Of a stretch of DNA of 48,442 nucleotides, positions 17,075 through 27,412 are shown one piece after another. The position numbers and the translations under genes are program-made. The notes beneath the pieces are model-generated. The model was not told where the DNA came from and searched no databases. It saw only the letters and a program-made list of their open reading frames with translations. Within the stretch, counting starts at the first letter, position 1, and the number at the start of each line of letters is the position of its first letter. The stretch comes from Bdellovibrionia bacterium (GTDB taxonomy: Bacteria; Bdellovibrionota; UBA1018): NCBI GenBank assembly GCA_045805065.1, contig JBJMMA010000055.1, positions 1 through 48,442 of the forward strand. Reading direction: 5' to 3'.

Positions 17075-17977
17075 ATGCCTAGTATCAAGGACCTCAAAAA
17101 ACGGATTGGATCCGTTAAAAATACGCAGCAAACGACGAAGGCCATGAAGATGGTCTCCGCCGCGAAGTTGCGTCGTGCTCAGGACGCGATTCAAAATCAG
17201 CGTCCTTATGCACAGCGGATCGGCGAACTCATCAAGCTCGCAACCTCTCTCCAAGTGGGTGATTTCCATCACCCACTCATGGCGCGCGACGAAGACACCG
17301 CAGCCGGAGAAGGAAAACGCGTATTGCTGGTTCTCATCACCTCTGATCGTGGCCTTTGCGGAGCATTTAACGCAAACGTCATTAAGACCACCCAACGTTG
17401 GATGAGCGCAAACACCAGTAAGTATGCGTCCATCAAGCTCGCGTTTGTCGGACGCCGCGGGTACGACTTCTTCAAGGGACGCTCTGTAGAGAAGGGCACA
17501 AACTTTGGAGAAATCGGCGCCAAGGTTACCTTTGCAAAAGCAAAGTCCATCGCTGACGCATTGGTAAAGCATTACGTTGATGGCGAGTTCGATGAGATCA
17601 AGATCGTCTACAATCAGTTCAAGAACGCTGTTACCCAGGAAGTAGTTGTCGAAAACTTCCTGCCTCTTGTGCCTGCAACGGTTGAACAAGAGAATGCAAC
17701 CGCTCCAGAGATGCAGCCGATGTACATTCTGCGTCCAGAGCCTGCCAAGCTTCTTGAGCAATTAATTGAAAGAAATTTCGGTATCCAGGCATTCCGCTTT
17801 CTTCTTGAGTCCCAAGCTGGCGAGCACGGCGCTCGTATGTCGGCCATGGAGAACGCCACGAAGAACGCAGGCGAAATGATTCGCAAGCTGACGCTGCAAT
17901 ACAACAAGCAACGTCAGGCCGGGATCACGAAAGAGCTTTTGGAAATTATCGCGGGCAGCGAGTCGCAAAAAGGTTAA
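17075..17977 (+). CDS. atpG: ATP synthase F1 gamma subunit
   Basis: TKAMKMVSAAKL, SDRGLCG, RQAGITKELLEI. Confidence 0.98.
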   Translation: MPSIKDLKKRIGSVKNTQQTTKAMKMVSAAKLRRAQDAIQNQRPYAQRIGELIKLATSLQVGDFHHPLMARDEDTAAGEGKRVLLVLITSDRGLCGAFNANVIKTTQRWMSANTSKYASIKLAFVGRRGYDFFKGRSVEKGTNFGEIGAKVTFAKAKSIADALVKHYVDGEFDEIKIVYNQFKNAVTQEVVVENFLPLVPATVEQENATAPEMQPMYILRPEPAKLLEQLIERNFGIQAFRFLLESQAGEHGARMSAMENATKNAGEMIRKLTLQYNKQRQAGITKELLEIIAGSESQKG

Positions 17978-18022
17978 TGACCAGGCCAGGCGAAGCCGGG
18001 TCCGAGATTATAAGGAGAGTAA

Positions 18023-19453
<1,431 letters not shown>

Positions 19454-19465
19454 GCGGGGTCTTTC

Positions 19466-19876
19466 ATGTTGAAACTGAGCATTCTTTCACCAGAACGGCG
19501 CCTTGTTGAAGGCGCCTCTGTCAGCGAGGTGACACTCAAGGGCAGCGAAGGCGATATTCAAATTTTGCCTGGTCACGCCCCAATGGTTGGAACCTTGGAC
19601 ATCGGCGCATTCGTTTATCGTTCGACGGACGGATCCGCTACCGTTGGTGTGATTGCTGGCGGTTTCTTTGAAGTCCGCGATGATCAGCTTACGGTTCTTG
19701 CTGAAACAGTTGAGTTGAAGAACGAGATCGATCTCGAAGGCGCACGTAAAGCACAGAAGGAAGCCGAAGATGCCTTGAAAGAGGCAAACATCGACGAGCA
19801 CAACTTCAAGCTTTATCAATTCCGCCTGGAGAAGGCCTTGATCCAGCAACAAGTTGCTTCAAAAGATCACCACTGA
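19466..19876 (+). CDS. atpC: ATP synthase F1 epsilon subunit
   Basis: ILPGHAP, GGFFEV, C-terminal helices. Confidence 0.95.
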   Translation: MLKLSILSPERRLVEGASVSEVTLKGSEGDIQILPGHAPMVGTLDIGAFVYRSTDGSATVGVIAGGFFEVRDDQLTVLAETVELKNEIDLEGARKAQKEAEDALKEANIDEHNFKLYQFRLEKALIQQQVASKDHH

Positions 19877-19903
19877 TTAGTAGTTAGCAGTACAAGAATT
19901 AAT

Positions 19904-19960
19904 GCCGCGCAACGCCAGGACCAGAGCCTCACATAGGCAAAACGTTCCGGCTTGCGCGGT
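19904..19960 (+). terminator. long imperfect hairpin after atpC (terminator or 3' stabiliser)
   Basis: GCCGCGCAA/TTGCGCGGT, GCC/GGC, GGA/TCC, GCCT/AGGC nested stems; no immediate U-tract. Confidence 0.45.
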
Positions 19961-20086
19961 AGTCGTTTTGAGAATAAGTTAAAACGTACGGGTTACTCTA
20001 ACCTCAGGATGAGGTTTGCCCGATGAGACCTATAGAGCAATCTATAGTGAAGAGAGAGAAGAGCGTAGAAAGGATTTCGGCTTTTC

Positions 20087-22480
20087 GTGCTGTTTAACGA
20101 CATTCGCCAACAAACGAATTCGAACATTGCGCTTACGACCGGCGGACTCAGCCTGATGGTTGGGTCGTTGCTATTGTCGTTGTCTGCCTTTTCTGTCTAC
20201 CGTCTCAATCAAACCCAAGACATCACCATTAATACCGCATCCTGGAACTGGATGAGCGAAGTTCGGCTTCGTTTAGATGCCGGCACAGAAGCCATGGGTC
20301 CACTGCTGAGTGAGGCGATCCTTCCAGAATATGTGGCACCGGCAGTTCAAGCGCCAGCCCGTCCTAGGGTAAAAGCAAAGTCTAAATGGATAGCCAAAGC
20401 CGGATCCATCATTCGCCGGGCAAAGCCACCTCGCCATGAGCCAGACGCCAAGGCTATTGTCCTGGCTAAGAAGGCCGAAACCAAAGCACAGCCAGTTGAG
20501 GCTCCATCTCAGGCGAGCGAATCTGAGCTGAACACTTTCCAAGGATTACATCAGCAACTTCGTGGTCACTTCATGCTTGCGATGACTACTCAGCCACAAA
20601 TGGCTGAGGTGCTTGTCGCCCAAATGGGACCTCAGGCAGCGAAGCCTGTAATGGATGTGGCTCCGGCCACCGCGCTGACCGAGGCACCTGCCGCAGTGGA
20701 AGTCACGCCAGAGCCAATCGTCTCTCATAGGCATCTTCATAAGAAGAAAGCTCCACGCCGTAAAGTGATTCAAGACCTGCCAAGCTTGCCAAGCGTGAAC
20801 GATGAAACGATCGTGGCTCATGCAGATGTGTTGGAACCTCAAACTCCAGCCCCTGCGTCCGTTCCATCCGTGACTACTCAAGATACGGTTGCAGAAGCCC
20901 AGAGCTTGGATGCCGACACGAACTCCTACAGCATTGCTAAACAGAGCTTTGAAAGTGCAGCTCAAGATCAAATTCAATCCACTCAGGCTGCACCGAGCGA
21001 TGACTACTCACCCCAGGCCGATGTAAGTACTGATGCCCAAAAAGATGTAAAGAAGGAATCTGCAAGCCAGGCAGAGTCAACATCATCCGGTAAGATCTTA
21101 GTCGCAAGCGGATCTCAAACGGTATGGGTATCACCAGCAGCCGCAGCCTCGGATCAAAAGGGCACGGCACCAGTGACTACTCAAAGTCGCGCACCAGCAC
21201 CAACCGTTGCGACTCCCTCGAAGCCATCTGATAAAGAGGATTCGACCCTGCTCGCAACCGTGGATACTCAACGCGTTCAAAATGTTGTTCGTGCTCAGCC
21301 TACGAAAGACACCGCAGATGAGTACTCAGTTGATGCTTTGAATACCCAGTCTGTCGCAGTATCAAACGATGCATCAATTCTGACTGAAGCGTTTGATTGG
21401 GTCAGCACGGTGAGTGGCGGTTCGAAATCTTATGTATCTAAAGAAGCTGGGTCCCAGAACTCCGGCTGGGTACTTGCCAAGGCAGCAGACCATTGGCCAA
21501 CCCTGGCTCGCCGCTCCGCAGTGGGCATTCCTCTGATCTCTAAAAACACAAGTAAGCTTCTCTCGACTCTCGCTGGTGCAACTCTTGAGTCCGAGGCTGG
21601 AATTGTGTTCGGCAAACTTCCTTCGGGATGGACGGTTCGTCTTTCTGGTCGATCTGAACGCCCCATCTTTTTAAATGCTCGCAATCAGACCATTAGCCCA
21701 AGCACGCTTGAGGGCGAGAGATACTTCGCCTTCTTGAACGTCGCGCCTGGCGCTCACTTAGCTTACCTGGCAAACAGAAGCGGCGTTGAAGAAGGTGCTG
21801 TTGGCCTTGCAGTTGTCGGCGGTGCCGCAACCTTTGCCGATCTGACCACCCTTCGCAAATCGACGGTGACGGGTAAAATCCTGGATGGAAGCGACGCACA
21901 AACGCGCGCGATGGCAGGAGCTACGGTCCGCGTTCTGGGAGCCTTGTCGACTCACACGGAAAGTAGCCGCAACGGAAGCTTCAGGATCGAAAACGTTCTG
22001 ACCGTCGGAGATTACCCAATCTACATCGAGACGGACTCGAACGGCGGATACACGCATCGTTATCAGCTTGCTCCAAGCAAGCTTCAAAAAGTCCTTCTTT
22101 ATCGACTCAGCCCAAGCGCAATTCAAACCTGGACGAGTCAACTGGAGGGCGCAATCAGCCCGGATAGCGGGATCATGATCGCAGCGGTCCCAAGCATCGC
22201 GGCAACTCCAGGCACGCGCGGCCGACTGACGCCGGTTGTGCAATCCTTAGCAGCCAATCCGACACTTCGACCTGAAGTCTATACCTTATCGTCCGGCGGA
22301 CAGATGCAGGTGGGCCAGGCGCTCGACGCTCAGAACACACGTTTTGTCTCTGTGCAGGTCCCCGAAGGACCCGCCATCGCAAAGGTCGTCGACTCTGAAA
22401 AGCCAGCAGATAAGAATCTCGTTTGGTCCGAGATGCTGATGGTCTCGCCAGCAGTCGTGAACATCGTAGGCCCGTTCTAA
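20087..22480 (+). CDS. hypothetical membrane-anchored protein; low-complexity A/P/S/T/Q linker and C-terminal beta-rich region (carboxypeptidase-regulatory-like segment)
   Basis: 797-aa ORF, N-terminal hydrophobic helix, VTGKILDG...GATVRV...T...NGSFRIENV pattern; AAGGA SD, GTG start. Confidence 0.75.
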   Translation: MLFNDIRQQTNSNIALTTGGLSLMVGSLLLSLSAFSVYRLNQTQDITINTASWNWMSEVRLRLDAGTEAMGPLLSEAILPEYVAPAVQAPARPRVKAKSKWIAKAGSIIRRAKPPRHEPDAKAIVLAKKAETKAQPVEAPSQASESELNTFQGLHQQLRGHFMLAMTTQPQMAEVLVAQMGPQAAKPVMDVAPATALTEAPAAVEVTPEPIVSHRHLHKKKAPRRKVIQDLPSLPSVNDETIVAHADVLEPQTPAPASVPSVTTQDTVAEAQSLDADTNSYSIAKQSFESAAQDQIQSTQAAPSDDYSPQADVSTDAQKDVKKESASQAESTSSGKILVASGSQTVWVSPAAAASDQKGTAPVTTQSRAPAPTVATPSKPSDKEDSTLLATVDTQRVQNVVRAQPTKDTADEYSVDALNTQSVAVSNDASILTEAFDWVSTVSGGSKSYVSKEAGSQNSGWVLAKAADHWPTLARRSAVGIPLISKNTSKLLSTLAGATLESEAGIVFGKLPSGWTVRLSGRSERPIFLNARNQTISPSTLEGERYFAFLNVAPGAHLAYLANRSGVEEGAVGLAVVGGAATFADLTTLRKSTVTGKILDGSDAQTRAMAGATVRVLGALSTHTESSRNGSFRIENVLTVGDYPIYIETDSNGGYTHRYQLAPSKLQKVLLYRLSPSAIQTWTSQLEGAISPDSGIMIAAVPSIAATPGTRGRLTPVVQSLAANPTLRPEVYTLSSGGQMQVGQALDAQNTRFVSVQVPEGPAIAKVVDSEKPADKNLVWSEMLMVSPAVVNIVGPF

Positions 22481-23887
22481 CTAAACTTTCCGAGTTTTCT
22501 TTGAAAGTCGCGCAATGGAGATCATGCGCTTCTTTGAGCTCTTAGGCCGCGTCAAACCCGCAAAGTCATCCGCATCGCCCGGCAAAGCGATCCAAAAGCC
22601 CACTGGAATCTTCCCATGGATGTTTCGGATGTCTGGATTGCTTTGGCGGAATCGCTGAATGGAAATTCCGTTTTCCATGGCAATCGTCATCGCGGTTTTA
22701 TTCTTCTCTACGCGCTGATACGCTAGAGGTCTTGTCTGTACGGAAGGGACGTCGCCATAAAAGAGCCCGTGATATGCCTCTGCGTGAAGCATCGCCAGGA
22801 ACTCAGCGTAATAATTTCGTCCGGCCCAGCCCAATGGAGACTTGCTTGAGCAAGGGTCAAAGAGGTGAGCAATCTCACGGAAATCACGAGCACCTTTGGA
22901 GCGACGGAACTTTGTAAGTCCACGCAAGCCGTGGTTGTAAGACGTAACGGCAAGTGGCCAGCTCTTGAACTGCTGATAGTTTTCACGCAAGAGTCGCGCA
23001 GCAGCGACGCTTGATTTGATTGGCGAGAGACGCTCATCAATTCCACGCTGATGATCGATCGTCAGCATGCGGCGACCCGTATTTGGCATGAACTGCCAGA
23101 CTCCCACAGCGCCAACACGTGAGTACGCACGAAGATCAAATGAACTCTCCACCAACGCAAGCCGCGTGAGCTCTGGAGGCACGCCCACAGACGTGAAAAT
23201 CTGCTCCATCCGAGGAAGGAACGCCTCGGCAGCAAGAAGACCCTTCATCACGTTGTCGCGCTGCCCGCTTTGCGAGCGCAAATTGGAGCGCAGCTCGCCG
23301 AACGTGTGCTTGTGCTTGAGGGCTTTGATGGCAGCAAGAATTCTCTCTTCTTCGCGAGAGGGCTTGTGAGCTTTTGAGGCTTTCTTTGAACTCTTTCGGG
23401 ATTTCGTCTGAGACTTGAGGTGGTCGAAAGCCGCGGCATAAGCACGAAGCGTGGACTTGAGCTTGTGTTCACGACGGATCTCGTAAACGACAGCATTTCG
23501 AGACGTATCTGCGATGTCCTTAAAGTCCAATACTTCATAAACGATCTCGGGATGGCGGGCATCGAAGATGACCTGCTGTTGCGTGGTATACTGAGTATAG
23601 ACGCGAAGCCAGAACTCGACGGATGCTCTCATCGATGCAGGAATATGGAATTCAGATCCAATTTTTCCGTCAGCGTCCCGAAGGGCAACCTCGATGGAAG
23701 ATGCGCTTACGTTAGACTCAAACAGATTTGCGCGTGAGGCGTACGGGGTCTTCAAAATTTGGCTGATATCAATATCTGTAGCCATGTCAGACCACGTGAC
23801 CATGCGGTCATAGCTTGCGCTCACAGGTTGAGCGCAGATCATTTGAAGCATTAATGCGAAGGAGATTACTCTTAAGGCGAACTTCAT
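22481..23887 (-). CDS. secreted lytic transglycosylase (SLT/MltD-like) with probable C-terminal LysM
   Basis: Signal peptide; LALVESSF (catalytic E), AVGVWQFMP, AVTSYNHG; LysM-like KTAMTIAMENGIS...NP...IPVGFWIALP. Confidence 0.88.
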   Translation of the reverse strand: MKFALRVISFALMLQMICAQPVSASYDRMVTWSDMATDIDISQILKTPYASRANLFESNVSASSIEVALRDADGKIGSEFHIPASMRASVEFWLRVYTQYTTQQQVIFDARHPEIVYEVLDFKDIADTSRNAVVYEIRREHKLKSTLRAYAAAFDHLKSQTKSRKSSKKASKAHKPSREEERILAAIKALKHKHTFGELRSNLRSQSGQRDNVMKGLLAAEAFLPRMEQIFTSVGVPPELTRLALVESSFDLRAYSRVGAVGVWQFMPNTGRRMLTIDHQRGIDERLSPIKSSVAAARLLRENYQQFKSWPLAVTSYNHGLRGLTKFRRSKGARDFREIAHLFDPCSSKSPLGWAGRNYYAEFLAMLHAEAYHGLFYGDVPSVQTRPLAYQRVEKNKTAMTIAMENGISIQRFRQSNPDIRNIHGKIPVGFWIALPGDADDFAGLTRPKSSKKRMISIARLSKKTRKV

Positions 23888-23901
23888 CAGGCGCCTACAT
23901 G

Positions 23902-23918
23902 AGCAATTGCCTTGCCGA
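23902..23918 (-). promoter_or_regulatory. putative sigma54 (-24/-12) promoter of the lytic transglycosylase
   Basis: TCGGCAAGGCAATTGCT (GG-N10-GC); IHF-like TTTCAATGGCTTA at 23931-23943 (minus). Confidence 0.65.
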
Positions 23919-24014
23919 AAATAACGCGCCTAAGCCATTGAAAAGACGTACAGGTCAGCGTTCAGACTGTCTAAGGATTAGACAGGTGATAAGACTGTGT
24001 CCGGATCGCCACAT

Positions 24015-24539
24015 CTAATTTCGACTTCCCCAAACGCGGAATACAGGGCGTTCAAAAACCAAATTTCCCGAATCACTCGAGAGCTCCAGAAGCTCTGACC
24101 ATTCATCGCCGGGAAACATGCTACGACCCGGTCCGGTACAATCCTCAGACCAGTCCATCTGAACAGAATGTGGCCGACCCTGACTTTCCCAAGAGAATTC
24201 AACGCGCTCAAAACTAAAAGGAAGACCCCAGGGCTGAGGATCGGGGAACGAAAACTTCATCAAAAGAAAAGCACCGTGCCCGTCGGGGCCGCTTAAAATA
24301 TCGACTCGCACCCGGGCATAAGTCATCACGTCCGGATCCTCGGCTGAGATGGGAAGGCGCCATTCCCCAAAAAACGACGGAGCAACAAGCGCGACATTGC
24401 TCGGTGCATTCTCCCCATACCCAACGACAAGCGGCTCATCTCCCGAACACCCGGTCCTGGCCATGGCTGGGTTTAATCCGAGCACGCTTATCACAAGGAG
24501 AAGCTCAAACAACCTCTGGAATCGATGCCATGGATGCAT
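24015..24539 (-). CDS. hypothetical exported protein
   Basis: Signal-like hydrophobic N-terminus, beta-rich mature part; ATG 24539 directly below a sigma28-type promoter. Confidence 0.65.
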   Translation of the reverse strand: MHPWHRFQRLFELLLVISVLGLNPAMARTGCSGDEPLVVGYGENAPSNVALVAPSFFGEWRLPISAEDPDVMTYARVRVDILSGPDGHGAFLLMKFSFPDPQPWGLPFSFERVEFSWESQGRPHSVQMDWSEDCTGPGRSMFPGDEWSELLELSSDSGNLVFERPVFRVWGSRN

Positions 24540-24548
24540 ATACAAGTC

Positions 24549-24575
24549 GTATCGGCCAGTTTAGCCGAGCCTTTA
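24549..24575 (-). promoter_or_regulatory. putative sigma28 (FliA) promoter
   Basis: TAAA-N15-GCCGATAC, near-perfect match to TAAA-N15-GCCGATAA. Confidence 0.75.
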
Positions 24576-24638
24576 AATCTGCCTATTCACAATTCGGGCC
24601 TTGGCCCCCAGTTACGGAAAATGGTAAACCCTGAACAT

Positions 24639-24905
24639 ATGGCTACGGACAAGAATGACCCAAATAAGACGATAGATTTTGAAGCGGCTATGGAGCAACT
24701 CCAAGCTACCGTAAAACGCCTCGAAGGCGGTGAGCTCAGCCTCGAGCAAGCTCTCCAGAACTTTGAAGAAGGCGTCAAGCTGAGTCGTCTTTGCCAACAA
24801 CACCTGAGCGCAGCTGAGCAGCGTGTGGAAATTCTCATGAAAGCCACGGGCGACGCGAAAGATGGACAGATCGAAACTCAGCCATTCACCGGAAACAAGT
24901 CCTGA
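24639..24905 (+). CDS. xseB: exodeoxyribonuclease VII small subunit
   Basis: FEAAMEQL..VKRLEGGELSLEQAL..FEEGVKL..L..AEQRV; start moved to ATG 24639. Confidence 0.93.
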   Translation: MATDKNDPNKTIDFEAAMEQLQATVKRLEGGELSLEQALQNFEEGVKLSRLCQQHLSAAEQRVEILMKATGDAKDGQIETQPFTGNKS

Positions 24906-24919
24906 CCCCGCATATTCCT

Positions 24920-26665
24920 ATGAAGCCAATTCAAGGTTCCGCCGATTTGCGAAAGCTCTCCCTGCAAGATCTTGAAACTCTGGCGCAAGAGATCCGCCAA
25001 GTCATCCTGACGACTTGTTTGAAAAACGGCGGACATCTGGGCGCGAGCCTCGGAACTGTCGAACTTGCGATCGCTCTTCATACAGCGTTTGAATCGCCCA
25101 CTGAGCCCATCATCTGGGACGTCGGACACCAGGCTTACGCACACAAACTTCTCACAGGACGATGGGACCGCTTCTCAACACTCAGAACGCCAGGAGGCAT
25201 CTCGGGATTTCTGAGCCGCGACGAGAGCGAGCACGATGTCTTTGGCGCAGGCCATAGCAGCACATCCATCTCCGCGGCTCTCGCAATGTCGTGGGAAGCG
25301 CGACACCACAAAACAGAAAAAGGAACGCTTCCCTGGACCGTCGCCGTCATTGGAGACGGAGGCCTGACCGCAGGAATCTCTTTTGAGGCGCTCAATAATT
25401 TCCGCGAAACGCAGACAGGCCCATTTCTTCTGGTGATCAACGACAACCAGATGTCGATCTCTCAAAATTCAGGAGCCGTTCCCGCGATTCTCTCAGGCGA
25501 TCAGACGAGCGATTACTTCGGCCTATTTGGTTTTGATTACTGGGGTCCAGTGGACGGACATGATCTCAATGGTTTGCTTGGAACCTTGAACGGAATCAGA
25601 AAAACCGGCGGATCAAAGCCGATTGCGCTTCATGTGATTACACAAAAAGGCAAAGGCTATGCGCCAGCAGAAGAGTTGCCATCGACCTATCACGGCATCG
25701 GTCCGGTGAAAGAAAAGACTCAGGGCGCAGTGAGCGTGCCTGAGAAAAAAACTTACAGCGAAGTCGCAGGTGATGCGCTTTGTGCTGTCGCAGCGAAAAA
25801 CGATAAAGTCGTAGCCATCACTGCTGCGATGAAAGAGGGGACTGGTCTCAACAAGTTTGCCGATCAGTTTCCTGACCGATTCTTTGACGTTGGAATCGCC
25901 GAGCCGCACGCCGTGACCTTTGCTGCGGGACTTGCGACAAAAGGAGTGAAGCCTGTTGTTTGCATTTACAGCACCTTTCTCCAGCGCGCACTCGATTCCA
26001 TCATTCACGACGTTGCCATTCAAAAGCTTTCGGTCACATTTGCGATTGATCGCGCAGGCATTGTTGGCGCCGATGGGCCGACGCATCATGGCGCCTTTGA
26101 TCTGGTCTACTTAGGGATGATTCCCGGGATGCGAGTCAGTACTCCCGAGTGTCTTGCCGATGTCGCTTACTTGTTTGAGCGCGCGGCTCACGATCAAAAC
26201 GGACCATGGGCAATTCGTTATCCGCGGGGTGGCGGCCCGGAGACCGTTTCTGTTCCGCTCTCTGACGGATCGGTGCGCTGGCATCAAAAGCCCACAGGCC
26301 CTAAGCTCATTGTCGTGGCATTGGGTACGTCAGCAGTACGCGCCAAGGAAGCGGTCGCGGAACTGGATCCAAAGGCCGAAAGCATCACGCTGATTTCGAG
26401 CATCGACGCGAAACCCGTTCCAGAAACTATTCTGACTTACCTTAGACAGCATCCCGCCGTGCCGCTGTTGACCATAGAGGACGGCGTGGCACACGGAGGC
26501 TTCGGCTCTACGGTGGTCAGCGCACTCTCAGGCAGAAGCGCCGTCTGGGAAATCGCTGCTTATGGCGACCATTTCATTCCTCATGGTACACCTGCGGGCC
26601 TCGAGGATTCAGAAGGCCTGAATAAGAAAAAGCTTCTTGAGCGGATGCAACGCCTTCTCAGTTAA
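24920..26665 (+). CDS. dxs: 1-deoxy-D-xylulose-5-phosphate synthase
   Basis: GGHLGASLGTVEL, WDVGHQAYAHK, GDGG...NDN TPP motif, DVGIAEPHAV, DRAGIVGADGPTH. Confidence 0.95.
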   Translation: MKPIQGSADLRKLSLQDLETLAQEIRQVILTTCLKNGGHLGASLGTVELAIALHTAFESPTEPIIWDVGHQAYAHKLLTGRWDRFSTLRTPGGISGFLSRDESEHDVFGAGHSSTSISAALAMSWEARHHKTEKGTLPWTVAVIGDGGLTAGISFEALNNFRETQTGPFLLVINDNQMSISQNSGAVPAILSGDQTSDYFGLFGFDYWGPVDGHDLNGLLGTLNGIRKTGGSKPIALHVITQKGKGYAPAEELPSTYHGIGPVKEKTQGAVSVPEKKTYSEVAGDALCAVAAKNDKVVAITAAMKEGTGLNKFADQFPDRFFDVGIAEPHAVTFAAGLATKGVKPVVCIYSTFLQRALDSIIHDVAIQKLSVTFAIDRAGIVGADGPTHHGAFDLVYLGMIPGMRVSTPECLADVAYLFERAAHDQNGPWAIRYPRGGGPETVSVPLSDGSVRWHQKPTGPKLIVVALGTSAVRAKEAVAELDPKAESITLISSIDAKPVPETILTYLRQHPAVPLLTIEDGVAHGGFGSTVVSALSGRSAVWEIAAYGDHFIPHGTPAGLEDSEGLNKKKLLERMQRLLS

Positions 26666-26675
26666 ACAAAAACCC

Positions 26676-27410
26676 ATGAAAAAACGGATTGATGTCCTTT
26701 TAGTCGAAAAGCAGCTCGCTCCCACCCGTGAACGCGCCCAAAGCCTGATTCTGTCCGGCAATGTTTTGGTGGATGATGTTCCGGTCACAAAGGCGGGCCA
26801 ACAAGTCGACGAGGCCGCGCAAATTCGGATCCGAGGTGAGGATCACCCCTATGTGTCCAGGGGCGGCATAAAATTGGCGGCTGCGCTCGATGCGTTTCAT
26901 GTTCCTGTTGAAGGAAGAATCGGACTTGATGTCGGGGCATCTACCGGCGGTTTCACTCATGTCATGCTGCTTCGAGGGGCAAAGAAGGTTCATGCCATCG
27001 ACGTTGGTCACAACCAGCTGGACTGGAAGATCCGCCAGGACCCCCGTGTCGTTGTCCGCGAAAAGATCAACGCGCGAAGCCTCGAATTTGACGTGATCGG
27101 CGAGAAGGTGGATCTGATTGTCATCGATGTCTCATTCATTTCGCTGGATAAAATTTTCCCATCCCTCATGCAATTTTCTCACGAGCAAACCGACTGGGTC
27201 ACCCTGATCAAACCGCAGTTTGAGGTCGGAAAAGAAAACGTGGGGAAGGGCGGGATCGTGACCTCTGACGAGGCCCGACAGCAATCCATCAAGCGGCTGG
27301 TTGAATATGGTAAAACGCTTGGCCTGGACCACCTTGGCTTGATAGAATCTCCAATTACGGGAACCCAAGGAAATATTGAGTACCTCGCCCACTGGAGGCG
27401 AAGCGTTTAA
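26676..27410 (+). CDS. tlyA: TlyA family rRNA 2'-O-methyltransferase
   Basis: S4 domain KKRIDVLL, YVSRGGIKL, DVGASTGGFT, DVSFISL, LIKPQFE, GNIEYL; start moved to ATG 26676. Confidence 0.95.
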   Translation: MKKRIDVLLVEKQLAPTRERAQSLILSGNVLVDDVPVTKAGQQVDEAAQIRIRGEDHPYVSRGGIKLAAALDAFHVPVEGRIGLDVGASTGGFTHVMLLRGAKKVHAIDVGHNQLDWKIRQDPRVVVREKINARSLEFDVIGEKVDLIVIDVSFISLDKIFPSLMQFSHEQTDWVTLIKPQFEVGKENVGKGGIVTSDEARQQSIKRLVEYGKTLGLDHLGLIESPITGTQGNIEYLAHWRRSV

Positions 27411-27412
27411 TC

